A stretch of DNA of 64,000 nt, from NCBI RefSeq assembly GCF_009914755.1, contig NC_060926.1; one strand, written 5' to 3'. The notes beneath the pieces are model-generated. The model did not search any database. It worked only from the letters and a program-made list of their open reading frames with translations, and was not told the origin of the DNA. Positions 20,261 to 38,750 of this stretch are shown here, in pieces (within the stretch, counting starts at the first letter, position 1; every line of letters starts with the position of its first letter). A program made the translations under genes and the position numbers. This stretch comes from the human T2T-CHM13v2.0 reference genome, Homo sapiens.

Positions 20261-22695
20261 ACATTTATTGAATTCTTAGTATCTGAACTGTCTCAGAGAA
20301 AAAAAAAAAGCCTGTAAGTGCCTATTGGAATGACAAGATCCATTAGCTGTAATCCCTGGTATTATTTCAGACCAACCCTCTCTCTCTGCAGAATTAAAGA
20401 TTCAGCCATGTCCTTTGCTGGTTGGCCAGCCTCAGCTGGGTTCCTTTGGGAGACCACATTCTCAGTCTGACTGATTCTTTCCTGAATCCATTGCCAGTGA
20501 GCAGGCCTAGCCTTACCCTATTAATGACTTTGACAGATCTTGCCAGTGATTTGGTCAGTGTTGATTTTTGCCTGCCTACCATGTCTTGATTACAGGTTCC
20601 CAATGATGACTCATAGATAACGCAATTCTAGCTTGCAGCTCTGTCTCCACCCAGAAGCGTCTCTGACCATGCCTGCCTGGAAATGCTTCGGTTGGCTATA
20701 TGAGTTTGAGGAATGAGCTAGGGATTTCAGGATTTGTTTTTAAATCTTAGCAATATCATTAAATCTATTGTCATTCAATGCTGGCAGTGTATTTTTGTTC
20801 TTTGAGAGTAAAAACTTGAAATTCTTTATAAAGAGTACCATCTGGTCTAACCCATTGATTTTTGGAGATACACATGACTGTGTGTTGTGTGTGTAACATC
20901 ACAAACTTGAATTCAGATAGACCTGGTTTCAACCTCCATTTACTGTGTGACCTGGGCAGGTTCTTAACCTCTCATGGCCTGCAATGCCAAGAGGATCTCT
21001 TCTAGTGTAGGTATCCCACAGTATACTCTGCACATCCATATCAGAATAATTACTACATTGATTAGAAATTGGCCTGTTTATGCATCTGCATTCACTCTCT
21101 TCTAATGCAGGAACAGTAGTTACTCATCTTTATATTCCCTTGCCTAGCATAATGCCTAATACATAATAGGTGCTTTAAAAACATTGATTGACTAGAATAC
21201 AAAGAAGGTCATGTCTGTTTTGCCAGGCAGTAAGGATTAATATCATATTGCAATAATAAATATTATTCTCTGCTATTTCTTTCATATTTCCTAATTTCAG
21301 GGTTTTTTTTTGTTGTTGTTGTTTTTTGCCATTTTAGCCTGTAGTGATAGTGCAATTTAATTCCATTACCACTGGCAGTCACGCAGGGAACCACAGTGAG
21401 AAAAGATCCAAATGTAGGAAGGTTACCATGCCTGAGTTCAGTTTGAATGATTTTCCTCCCCACTTCTCTTTTGGGGTTTAAACATATATTTTAAAATTGT
21501 AGCACCAGACAGGAATATAATTCCCTGTACAACTGGGACTTTAATGACTTGAAATTTAAAAATGAACTAAAATGTATTATTTCTTAAAACCAGGATGACA
21601 TTGTCAGTGTACACTCATGCAGATGTCTAAGTTGGTTTGATTTGCTGGGGCTCATGTCATACTGTTGTTAAATATTTTGAATAAAAAATTCAAAATAATA
21701 AAAAACTTTAAAAAATGCTTACAATCTGCTTATAAAGTAGCTTTACCAAGATGCCAGTATCCTACTGGTTTTGTGTATTCTTCTAACAGCTTCTGCTAAC
21801 TTGTACAGCTCACCTAGATTTAAAAAATGATTTTAGAAATAATTTTGTGGCTTACTGTTGATCTTTGGCAACCTGTCTTTCATATCTTAAGATAATTCTT
21901 CCTATTTTTACTTCCTGCTTTTCTAAAGAATGGTATCTTTGTGTTTCTGAGTTAAAATGGATATTCTAATGTTTGGTATCTTTCTCTGTATGATGTTTCT
22001 CAAGTGATTCCCCAGTTTCTGTTTTGCTCTGTGTACTAATAATGTTTATAGTATATTACCAAGAGTATTTAAGCAAAAGTTAATTTCAGTTCACTCTTCT
22101 GTAACTCAAAACCTGAGATATTCACTCATTTAAGTGGTTTCTAATTTCTTGTCTCCTGTTGATGAAAGTACAGGGCCTATTTAAATCTGTAAACAGTAAT
22201 TTAAGTAACTGCCTTAACATCCACTTTCCCTTAGCAACTTGGAACAATTATTTTGTGTGTGTGTCATAATATTTAAATAAGTGAGCCTTTGTCAAATATT
22301 ATCACATTTTGATTTTGCTCAATTTTCGTTTGTACATTAGCATTCTCTTTAGTGGCAAAATAGGAAAATTATTGTTTTAAAAGTATATTTAAAAGATTAA
22401 TGGAATTTCTTTATGCCTTTGCCTGAAAGAGGGAATTGTATTGATAGGGAAAAAGCTCCATTATTTTTTAAATTTCTGGTCACCTTTTATAGAAGACTCA
22501 GATAATTTAAGTTATTCTTTAAAAAAAACTTTCCCCATTTCAAGAAGATAGTTATATTTGAGTGTTTAGCATTTGTTAGAGCTAGCATATTTTAGGTTAA
22601 CTCTAGTTCTTGGTTTTTTATATGTTCTTACCTATGCTTTACAGCACACTGAGACATCTTAATTTGTAGAAGTTTGAATCGAATTTTAAATAAGC

Positions 22696-22916
22696 TTTTT
22701 TTTAAAATTATACTTTAAGTTTTAGGGTACATGTGCACAACGTGCAAGTTTGTTATATATGTATACATGTGCCACGTTGGTGTGCTGCACCCATTAACTC
22801 GTCGTTTAACATTAGGTATATCTCCTAATGCTATCCCTCCCCCCTCTCCCCACCCGGCAACAGGCCCCAGTGTGTGATGTTCCCCTTCCTGTGTCCATGT
22901 GTTCTCATTGTTCAAT
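22696..22916 (-). mobile_element. Short L1PA 3'-end fragment
   Basis: ttatactttaagttttagggtacatgtgcacaacgtg. Confidence 0.9.
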
Positions 22917-23527
22917 TCTTGTAGCTTTGCTTTTGTGGTATTATTGACCATCCTTACAATTTATTTGCTGCTGAAGACTTGGTCAACATAATCCTAAACT
23001 GTAATGTTACATTCATGGAATGATTTTGTATCATAGTTCCCAAAACAGATAACATTTTGGCAAAGAGCACTGTGTTTTCCGCAAAAATTAATCAATGATG
23101 AACTAACTTTGTGATAATATATTTATCATCATGAGTTTCCTATTTATTGATAGCAGTCTACATTTTGCTCAGGTTATTTTGAAACCAATACTCTACTGGT
23201 CTAAATGCTTTTTAAAACATATTTTCCTTTGCCTTAGTGGGAGCAACACAGTGATTTTAAAAACTTTTAAAAACTGAATTATGAATATGTATAATAATGT
23301 ATGAAATAAATATTAATTCTGACAGGACAAATACTTGGTCTAATAGTTAATAATCCACCAAAGCCTAATATTGGGTATAAGTTTTTATATTAAAGGTGTA
23401 TGATTTTACGGTAGGTGGTATACAAGGGCTTTTCCATAGATTTTTATCAAGTGTTGAACGTCAAAAATGAAAATTCTTCTAGCCAAGGCAACTGCTAAGG
23501 AGAAAACAATGCTCTAGACTACTGTGC

Positions 23528-23824
23528 CTTTTTTTTTTTTTGAAATGGGGGTCTTGCTCTGTCTTCCAGGCTGGAGTGCAATGGCACCATCACGGCTCAC
23601 TGTAGCCTCGACCAGCTGGTTTCAAGCAATTCTCCTGCCTCAACCTCTCAAGTAACTAGGACTACAGGCATGCACCACTATGCCCAGCTAATTTTTTAAT
23701 TTTTTGTAGAGACAGGGTTTTGCTATGTTGACCAGACTGGTCTTGAATTCCTGGCCTCAAGTGATTCTCCCACCTCAGCCACCTAAAGTGCTGGGATTAC
23801 AAGTGTGAGCCACTGTGCCCAGCT
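23528..23824 (-). mobile_element. AluJ
   Basis: TSD tgtgcctt. Confidence 0.9.
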
Positions 23825-25092
23825 TAGTGTGCCTTCTCATAGAAAATATCTTGAACAGAGGAAAATATGAGTTACAGATTATAGTAATCTAGTTTGGAAT
23901 GTGTTTTTGCTTTTATTTAGAAGCAGGTGTGGTAGGTTCACACACTTAAAATAAAGGATATTACAAAGTGGTGACTAAAGAATAGCTGTAATCATGTTGG
24001 AGATAGTGAGGAATATCTCTTATGTAAATTAATATATGGGTTTTATCTTATCAGCTTACCTAAAATTGAACATAAAACAAAAGTCTAAAATTCTTTGGCT
24101 TAAAATGCCTAAAAGGCACTCTGTTCTGTTATTCACAGAATAAGCAAATATAAACCAGAAATAGTGAATAATGTCAATATGAGATACTTACCAACATTAA
24201 TAAGACTTTGAACTTAAGATTTACTGCAAATGATCCATAGTGCAGCTAGTTAGCTTATGAGTGATTAAGAGTTTGTGTCTTCAGTCACATTTGCTTTGTG
24301 TGCATTATCTCCACATTTGGTTTATGAAGATGATTTTGACATATGGCAATATTTCCTGTTATTAAGATATAACACTGGCATTGATTGTGGAGAGTGAAAA
24401 GTCCATGTTCAATCACTTAATGGTGCCCCTCATATAAAGAAAGTACCAATATGGCCCAAAATTTAAATTTTGTACTTATTTTTTTCTGATGTAGTCTGAG
24501 AACAACAGGATATGAAAAAATAACTGTCATTATTAAAGGCTGTTTGAATAATGAAAATATGTAATTTCGTGAAATATGAAAGCTTTGGTAATGTTTGCCC
24601 CAGATAATACTGTGTTGAGTATTTGATCAAACAATGAGTTTGAGTCTCCAATAAACATTTATTTTGTTTTTGAGATTTTTCTAAACTGCTTTTTACCATG
24701 GTAAGTGAGGTGCCTTCTGCTGTCAGTGGTCCTGGTCACTTGCAGCTGCTATTTCCGTAAAGAACTGTGTAATGCTCCACAGACTACCTGCAGTCACTGA
24801 TACAACCACACCACATCCATGCTGGATCACAACTACAAAGGAATAACTGACATAACAAAAAAAGTTAATATACAAAACCAACAAACTCTGGTACTCTTAA
24901 AGCTTCATGCTTTTATTAGCAGTCTCTGTACATGTTGCATATTAGCCCTGTGATCAACTATGTAGGAAAAGACTAAAAGCAGCAGTAGCAAATAAATAGG
25001 AATCTTGATCTTATGATGATAGAAATGGTAAGGATGTAAATACTTGTTTAAAAATGAAAATGGTTATTCCTTTCTATGCCTAGAGGTTCTGA

Positions 25093-25188
<96 letters not shown>

Positions 25189-25954
25189 TGAGATTTATTT
25201 TCTGATTTTTCTTGTTTGAATTTTAAAAATACCAATTATCAAATTAAATATTGCTAGATTTTGAGAATACCTAGCTCTGTCATTTACTAAGTCTATAGTC
25301 TCTGAACATCCTTAAGTTTGTGGCCTCATTAATAGCCAGGTGACTTCTATTTACATACTGTAGTTGCTGAAACCTAAAATTGTGAAGCCAAAACCCATTC
25401 TGTGACTATTTGAAACTTTATTATAATCATTTTATGCATGGTCATTCACTGAGAATGTAGAAAGCCTATACCTCTTTTTGCTGAATTTTTATAACACATT
25501 TCTAAAAAGAAATAAATCTGGAAACAGACTCAGAGGCAATTGAGTGAATGTGATGATACTGTTCTTTTGCTGCCTGTGGGTTTTGTCCCTATGGTACCCC
25601 AGAGCAGGAAGCCTGCAACTGATATAGGTAAGCCTGACTTAAACTAACTCCAATGGAAACACTGCAATCCAAATCAGTGGTGCTAAGTCTTAGCTACACA
25701 TTAGAATCACTAGGCAGTTTTTAAAATTCCTCATGCTGGGAAGTGTATGATATCTGCCATTTACTTTGAAATGCAGCATAGAAAAAATAGGTTGATGGAT
25801 GGATAGAGGAAATGATAAATGGATAGATACGTGATAAGCAAATAAAAGAATATTAATGGTAGAATTTGGATGGGATGGTTGGTGTATGCATGTTCACAGT
25901 AAAATTCTTTCCATTTTTCTATATATTTAAAACATTTTATAAAATGTTGGGGGA

Positions 25955-26263
25955 GGCTGTGCGTGGTGGTTCATACCTGATCCCAACACTTTGGGTGGCT
26001 GAGGCAGGAGAATGGCTTGAGGCCAGGAGTTTGAGACTAGCCTGGGCAATATAGCAAGACTCTGACTCTACAAAAATTAAATAAATAAAAATTAGGCAAG
26101 CGTGATGGCAAGCGCCTGTAATCCTAGCTACTTGGGAGGCTCAGGTGGGAGCCCCAAGTGGGAGGATCACTTGAGTCCAGGAGTTGGAGGCTATGGTGAG
26201 TTATGATCATGCCATTGCATTCCTGCCTGGGTGATAGAGTGAGACCCTGTCTCTAGAAAAAAA
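25955..26263 (+). mobile_element. AluJ
   Basis: Diverged dimeric Alu. Confidence 0.9.
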
Positions 26264-26347
26264 TGAAGGGGGAAAATTCCCATGACTAGAAAGGCATTCC
26301 AGAGCAATTAAATCAAAATCTCAGGGGATAGTTCCTTGACTGAAGTG

Positions 26348-26348
<1 letters not shown>

Positions 26349-26388
<40 letters not shown>

Positions 26389-26658
26389 ATGAGGTCTCAC
26401 TCTCTCATCCAGGCTGGAGTGCAATGGTGCAATATCTGGGCTTGCTGCAGCCTCTGCCTTCCGGGCTCAAATGTTCCTCCCACCTCAGTCACCCAAGTAG
26501 CTGGGATTCAGGTGTGCAGCACCATACCCAGCCAAGTTTTTTCATATTTTTGGTTTTTCCATGGAGATAGGGTTTCTCCATGTAGCCCAGGCTGGTCTCG
26601 AACTCCTGAGCTCAAGCAATCTGCCTGCCTTGGCCACCCAAAGTGCTGGGATTACAAG
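26349..26658 (-). mobile_element. AluJ with a (TG)n microsatellite in place of its tail
   Basis: (TG)~19 at 26349-26386 abutting an antisense Alu. Confidence 0.88.
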
Positions 26659-26766
26659 AGACTTCAGTACTTTTTAAAGCTACTCAGATGATTCCAATGT
26701 TACAACCATAGTTGAGGCCCACTAGATTAAATAGTATGAAGTGAAGCCCAGTTAGGCTTGGCAACC

Positions 26767-27163
26767 GTCCTAGTCTGTTTTCTGTTGCTATAACAGAATG
26801 TCTGAGACTGGGTAATTTGTAAATTAAAGAAGTTTATTTGGCTCATGATTCTGGAGGCTGGGAAGTCCAGGATCATACACCCTATCTGTGAACACCTCAT
26901 GCTGCCTCATGTCATGGCAGAAAGCAGATGGGAGAGTGGGTGTTTGCAAAGAGACCAAACATAAGAGGCAGCCTCACTTTATAACAACTCAAGAGCGAGA
27001 ACTTATTCACCCATGTGAGACTGCATTAACCCTTCATGAGAGCAGATCCCTCATTACCCAAATACCTCTTAAAGGTCCCACTACCTCTCAACATTTAATT
27101 ACATCAGCAGTTAAATTGCAGCATGAGTTTTGGCAGGGTCAAACCACATCCAAACCATAGCAG
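26767..27163 (-). mobile_element. MaLR LTR (MST/MLT1A-type)
   Basis: gttgctataacagaat...ctgggaagtcc...caaaccatagca. Confidence 0.85.
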
Positions 27164-28565
27164 CAACTATGGAGCTGATTTGATAAGTAATCTCACTAGA
27201 AGCTTGCCGAACACATCAGCATTAACCTCATCCTCATCTACTCAAAGGGTTTACCATAGGGTTAGCAGACAGGATAGGGCCCAGAAATAGCAGGCCATCT
27301 AAAAGGTAGTCGATAAGCCATGCTTGCGGAACAATACATTACTAGAACAATAAAAAGAACTACAATAAAAAGAATTACTAGAACACCTATTAATATTAAT
27401 ATTTTGCAGAGGTAGTGATGCATTTAAATATTATCTACATTTATGTGACCGTGGAAAGATCTTAATTTTCTTGAGTTTCATCTTAATCATCTATAAAATG
27501 ATGAGGATAAGCACACCTCTCTTATCTACTTCTCATTGGGAAAAATAGGCTACATTACAGGCTGGGTATATACATCTTTACAGGCATAAAATAACTTTCC
27601 CCTTTCTGAAATGAATGATCTTATAAGAGGCTATGACCCATGACTTTAACCTTTTTTTAGTTTTTCCAAGAAAAATGAAATACATTATGAAATATATAAG
27701 ACAAATCCCAGGCTCTCATGACAGACTTAAAGCCAAATTTTGACTGGGAATGAAATATATTTTATAATTTATGGATGGGTCTGATGTTCTGTCTGACCTT
27801 TTAAACCTCAACTATGCAATCTTAGAAATTATCCAGATTCTGTGTAATCATAAAGGAAATACATGCCTGTTTGCTGTTCATATTCCTATAATAAGAGTTT
27901 AAGATTTTTGATAGTCTTTGAAGAAACACTTTTTGAACTATTGTGAACTATTGATTCATTGGTGCTTTTATGTCAGGTCTTGGGCTGCCACATTCCAAAA
28001 GCACTGACTTCATCAGCTCTAGGGAAAGTGCTCTTGGAGCACATAACTCTTACAAGACAATTTAAAGGAAGAGCTGTATACTAAACATAGTCAAAACAGT
28101 AGTCTGCTGTGTGTTCTCAACTGGATTAGAATGGATTAAAAATATACATATGAATTGTATTTGGTAAAAGACTACATTTTCAGAATCAACTTGTTAATGA
28201 ATGATATAAATACTGGATTTTGTGTGTTAATGTAAACTTTATTGGAAACTGCTGCCTCATGTTCAAACATGGTTTGAACTTCCTTTTCAGTGCTGTACAG
28301 TATTCCATTATGTAAATATGCCACAATGTATTTATTCCTCTGTTGATGGATAATCGGCTAGTTCTTAATTGCTTGCAAATAATAACAATGATGATATGAT
28401 GAATTTTTGTACCTGTCTCCTTATATACAGAAGATTCTCTCAGCTAAATATAAAATTCTTAGGAGTAGAATTACTGGGTTTTAGGATGTGCATATCCTAA
28501 GTTTTACTAGATTTTGTTATATTTCCCCTTACTAAAAGTAGTTATGCCAGTTTTAAAATCAGTAT

Positions 28566-34653
<6,088 letters not shown>

Positions 34654-36153
34654 TAAAATCAGTATATTTAAGAGGGCATATTAAATAGGTACATTAGAGT
34701 TACATGTGTTAACATGGATGAATCTCATAAAACAATACTATATACTGTTTAGGGATACATATAAAGTTATTTTTTAAAGAATAGGAATGATAGATTCAGC
34801 AAAATAGTTAACTGTAGGATAGAAGGAGATTTGGTTGGGATAGGCTACACAGAAGCTTTCAATTTTAACGGTAGTTTTTTTTTTTTAAGTTCAGTGGTGG
34901 ATAGATGGGATGATGGCATATATGTCTGAAAGATTTCCAGCATTTTTAAAGTTGTTTTTAAACATATGTCAGTTTGAGTTATTTGGCCTCACTCTAATCT
35001 ACCATTGGCCCCATCACTTAACCACTAGGATTTCAACATTGTGTTAGCTGCCTGGCCCCTATAAGCAACTGCATTTGTGACCTTAATTTAGAAGTTAGGT
35101 AAGTGCTTGGTTTACCTTGTTTTTTACAGTTAATTTCTTGTTGAACTATAGCATATATACTGAAAAGTACACAGGGCACAGCCTGATGAACTTTTTATAA
35201 AGTAAATATAGCTATGTGATCAGCACTCAGATCAAGAAACAGAACATCCCTAACACCCAGTACCCTCTTCCAGTAACTGTCACCCACAAGGCTAATTAAC
35301 CATCCTGATTTCTAACACCCCATTCAAATGTTAACAGTTGCTGAAAATGTCCAGTAGCTAGTGAAAGAGATGTTTGCACTCTACAGATAGGAAACAAGAT
35401 ATTGAGAGATGGAACTGTTGATTTAAATAAAATTTTGGATGAAAATTTTCCTGATTTAGGGGTAGGTTCGGTAACGTTAATTGTTGTGTGTGAATGGTTT
35501 GGGGATAAGAGGAAGCAAATATGGAAAAACGTATAATTTGGAGATTTATAAGTATATATTAAATGATTTTGTCCTCCAAAATGATAATTTTCTTTGAAGA
35601 GAGACTTGTGAGTATCATCTTTATGAATTAGTTTTAAAATATAATTCAACATATAAGAATTCCATTTATTCAACTTTTATAATATTGTGTCAGTGAAACA
35701 CAAGACTCTGCCTGTTCTCCACCCCATTCCATTCTTCTGGTCTGATATGTCTGCTTCTTGCACATTGACAGTTCTAATTATACACATTCAAAAGGGTTTT
35801 GAATGCCAGGTACCACAATTCAAATATATTAGCCACAAATTTTTGAATTATATTAGCCACAAAATCTCACTGTTATATTCATGAGTCATGTCCATTTGGA
35901 GGCCTATAAGCACTAGAAACCAAATGAGTTATCTCAGTACATTTAAATGGCTACAGAGTGTAAATCATTTTTTGCATGATTAAACTTAGGATTGCTTTTT
36001 GCAAGTTTTAAAGATTCTCTGTAATTTTTTTTTTTTTTTTTTTACAACTCATGACCCTTTTTCCCCCTTCTGGAGTATATAAATATGTGTAAATATATAT
36101 GTTTAAATGTTTTATTTTTTAAAATTTTTTTTGTATTTTTGTTTTTCCTCTAG

Positions 36154-36264
<111 letters not shown>

Positions 36265-36637
36265 TGATTAATATCTACAAAAGCGGATTGCTGCTATATT
36301 TCGTTTTTAAGAAATTGTTTGATGTCTTTTTCCCCACTTTACCACACAATCCCAGAAAGATAAATATGCTGTCACTTGACTCAGTTTAACAAACTTTTTT
36401 TCAAGCACCTAGTACATACAAGGTTCTGCTAAAGCCTCAGAAATTGTAAAGATACCTGAAGCAGGATTGAGACATTCAACTTGCTTATTATAGTTAGGAA
36501 ATGTACTCCATAAACTTTATTAGAGAATAGAAAGTTATGCTTTTCAGAAAAATAGATTGTATTACTGAACATTCATAGGGAGCATTATTATGAGTAGAAG
36601 CAGTGAGAAATGCTTTCATAAAGGCAGTGCTTTTTAA

Positions 36638-36790
<153 letters not shown>

Positions 36791-37109
36791 TGAAGCTAAA
36801 AACCTTTCATAGTTCACATAATATTTTAACGAATGAATAGAAAAAGTTAAGCAAGATAACAAAAACATTTAGTGAAGAACATACCCCAGGAAGGTGTTAC
36901 CAGAAGAAAGTGACTCATTTCAATTATTTACAAATTTAGCACTCATATCATTAGGTTATTTTTTAAATCATTAACTCTTAATAAAAGCATATGTAACTTC
37001 TGTGTCTATGATATTTGTGTATCTATACCCCTGGTAACCAAGGAACTAAAATATGTTTTCAAATGGAATACTCATAGAGTTCTAACCACTTGACTCTGCT
37101 GATGAGTGA

Positions 37110-37117
37110 TGAGGTCA
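37110..37117 (+). promoter_or_regulatory. CRE-like / nuclear-receptor half-site TGAGGTCA in the putative internal promoter
   Basis: Motif read directly about 250 bp upstream of the alternative ATG; function inferred only. Confidence 0.3.
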
Positions 37118-37365
37118 CAGAGTTGTTAAAGGAGGCCTCATTAGATGCGCTCTCTGACAGGGAAGTTGGCATAAGGTCTGTTTCTTTGCTGGGTCATATT
37201 TTACAGTGTGATCTCTTCACTCTGAAAGCAGAGAAACACATTTTCAATATATTTTCCATTACGGCTTCTTCTAGAACACTGTGTTGTTTCTCCTAGTAAA
37301 GGGGCTATTCCTTGAAAAATAACTCTAGGTTTAGCTGATTTTATTGTTTTTATTAATAATTGACG

Positions 37366-37692
37366 ATGCCTCTAAGAAAAAGGAAATCCCCAGAGAGGAC
37401 TGCATCTTCAAAATCCCCCGAAATCTCTAGGTCCCATGTAAACAGTATAAAGGAAAGAACGTCATCAGTTGGTTTGCCTAGTGTTATTCCAAACTCTACA
37501 CGCCGTGTGAGCTTTGCACCTAACCTGCCTTCTATGAAAACATCTCAGGATATTGGAGACTCTAGGATCTCTCTAAAGACTCTTTTGAATGCTATTAAAA
37601 CCATGGAGGGAAGACTGGAAGGCAAAATAGAGATTCTAGCCTCAAGACCTTTAATAAATGATGAATCACCAAATTTTCTTAAACAGGACTCG
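37366..37692 (+). CDS. CCDC150: Putative alternative first coding exon (109 aa, MPLRKRK...FLKQDS) of a short isoform
   Basis: Two in-frame TAA immediately upstream, ATG with A at -3, 327-nt non-repeat ORF ending at a consensus TCG|gtaagt phase-0 donor compatible with the exon at 42514. Confidence 0.7.
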
Positions 37693-38135
37693 GTAAGTGA
37701 AGACCACAAATTAAATCTTAAGGAAGTTTTAAATTTATACAAGAATGAAATATTAATCCAGAAATATAATGCTTGAAGATATGACTAACAAGGAAATAAG
37801 GTTCTTCACAAATAGAAAAAAGACTAATATAGATTGAAACCATTATCCTAGCCATCACATAATTAGTTTTAGACATAGAACATTTGGCGTAACAGTAACT
37901 ACTGAGTTTTTTATATAATTTTGATTTTTTAAAAAATTCAAAATTTCTACCTAATCTTAACATTTGAGCTAAAATGCTTGGATAAAACCTCATTTTCAAA
38001 TAGAAAATTAATTCAAGAAACCCCAAGAAATTTAACATTGGAAAATATTTTCTTGAGAAAACTTATTAGAGCATTCATCTTTATCTGATATTTAGAAATA
38101 GAAAATACTATAGCTTATCTTCTAGAGTGGGCTAC

Positions 38136-38750
38136 TATTACCGGAAGGAGGGCTGTGAGTGTTAGTTGTCCAGGTCCTTGGTGTTTTGAACAAAGAATTG
38201 AAAAAATCGCGCAAAGTAATGAAGGAAGCAGCGAAAGCAGGGATTTATTAAAACGATGAAAGAACTCCATAGGGTGTGGAGTTTTCTGGGTTTTAAGTAC
38301 TCCTTTTGAGGTCCCTATGGCTACCTCTTATCTGGATGAAGGATTTGGCCTGTGGCTTATTAAAGGCTCAGGTGAATTGATGCCCTATGCTGATGAAGGG
38401 ATGGCCCATGCTTGGCTCCGGGCCAATCCAAGACACTCTCCCTTTCCATCTGAGACATGGTGGAAGCGGGAGGAGTGTAGGGAGAGTAGTAGCCTTTGAT
38501 CCTTTGCTACTTGCTGGGGAGATGGGGTTTTTCCTTTTGGTGTAGCTTTTGTAAGTTGGTGTTAATTGGACTTAGCTTCCCGGTCGCAAGACCCAGGTGT
38601 TTTCCTTTTGATCCAGCTTTGGGAAGTCAGCAAAAATTGGCCTCACTTTTCCTGTCCCCAGACCTTGGTGTTTTTCCTTGATCCAGCTTTAGGAAATCAG
38701 CATGAATTGGCCTTAGGTTCCCTGCCTCCAGACCCTATTCTCCTGCCTCA
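38136..38750 (-). mobile_element. ERV1 solo LTR (MER51/MER61 group)
   Basis: The - strand starts tgaggcaggagaatagggtctggaggcaggg; 4-bp TSD ctac on both sides. Confidence 0.8.

Larger units (their letters stand above)
25675..26725. mobile_element. MER5-like hAT element split by an L1M 3' fragment and two Alus
   Basis: cagtggt...acattagaatcac at the left; gatgattccaatg...gttgaggcccactag at the right. Confidence 0.55.

Noticed and set aside
21200-25050. Repeat-poor AT-rich stretch with an isolated ATG|gtaagt donor at about 24700
   Set aside because: No matching acceptor or ORF that I could support; conservation cannot be judged from sequence alone
35296-35673. 125-aa minus-strand ORF
   Set aside because: AT-rich, non-ATG start, no recognisable domain or splice structure
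38520-38720. Spaced repeats (ttttccttttgatccagcttt...tcagca) resembling an array
   Set aside because: Internal tandem repeats of the ERV1 LTR; no unique spacers or cas genes, and the context is eukaryotic
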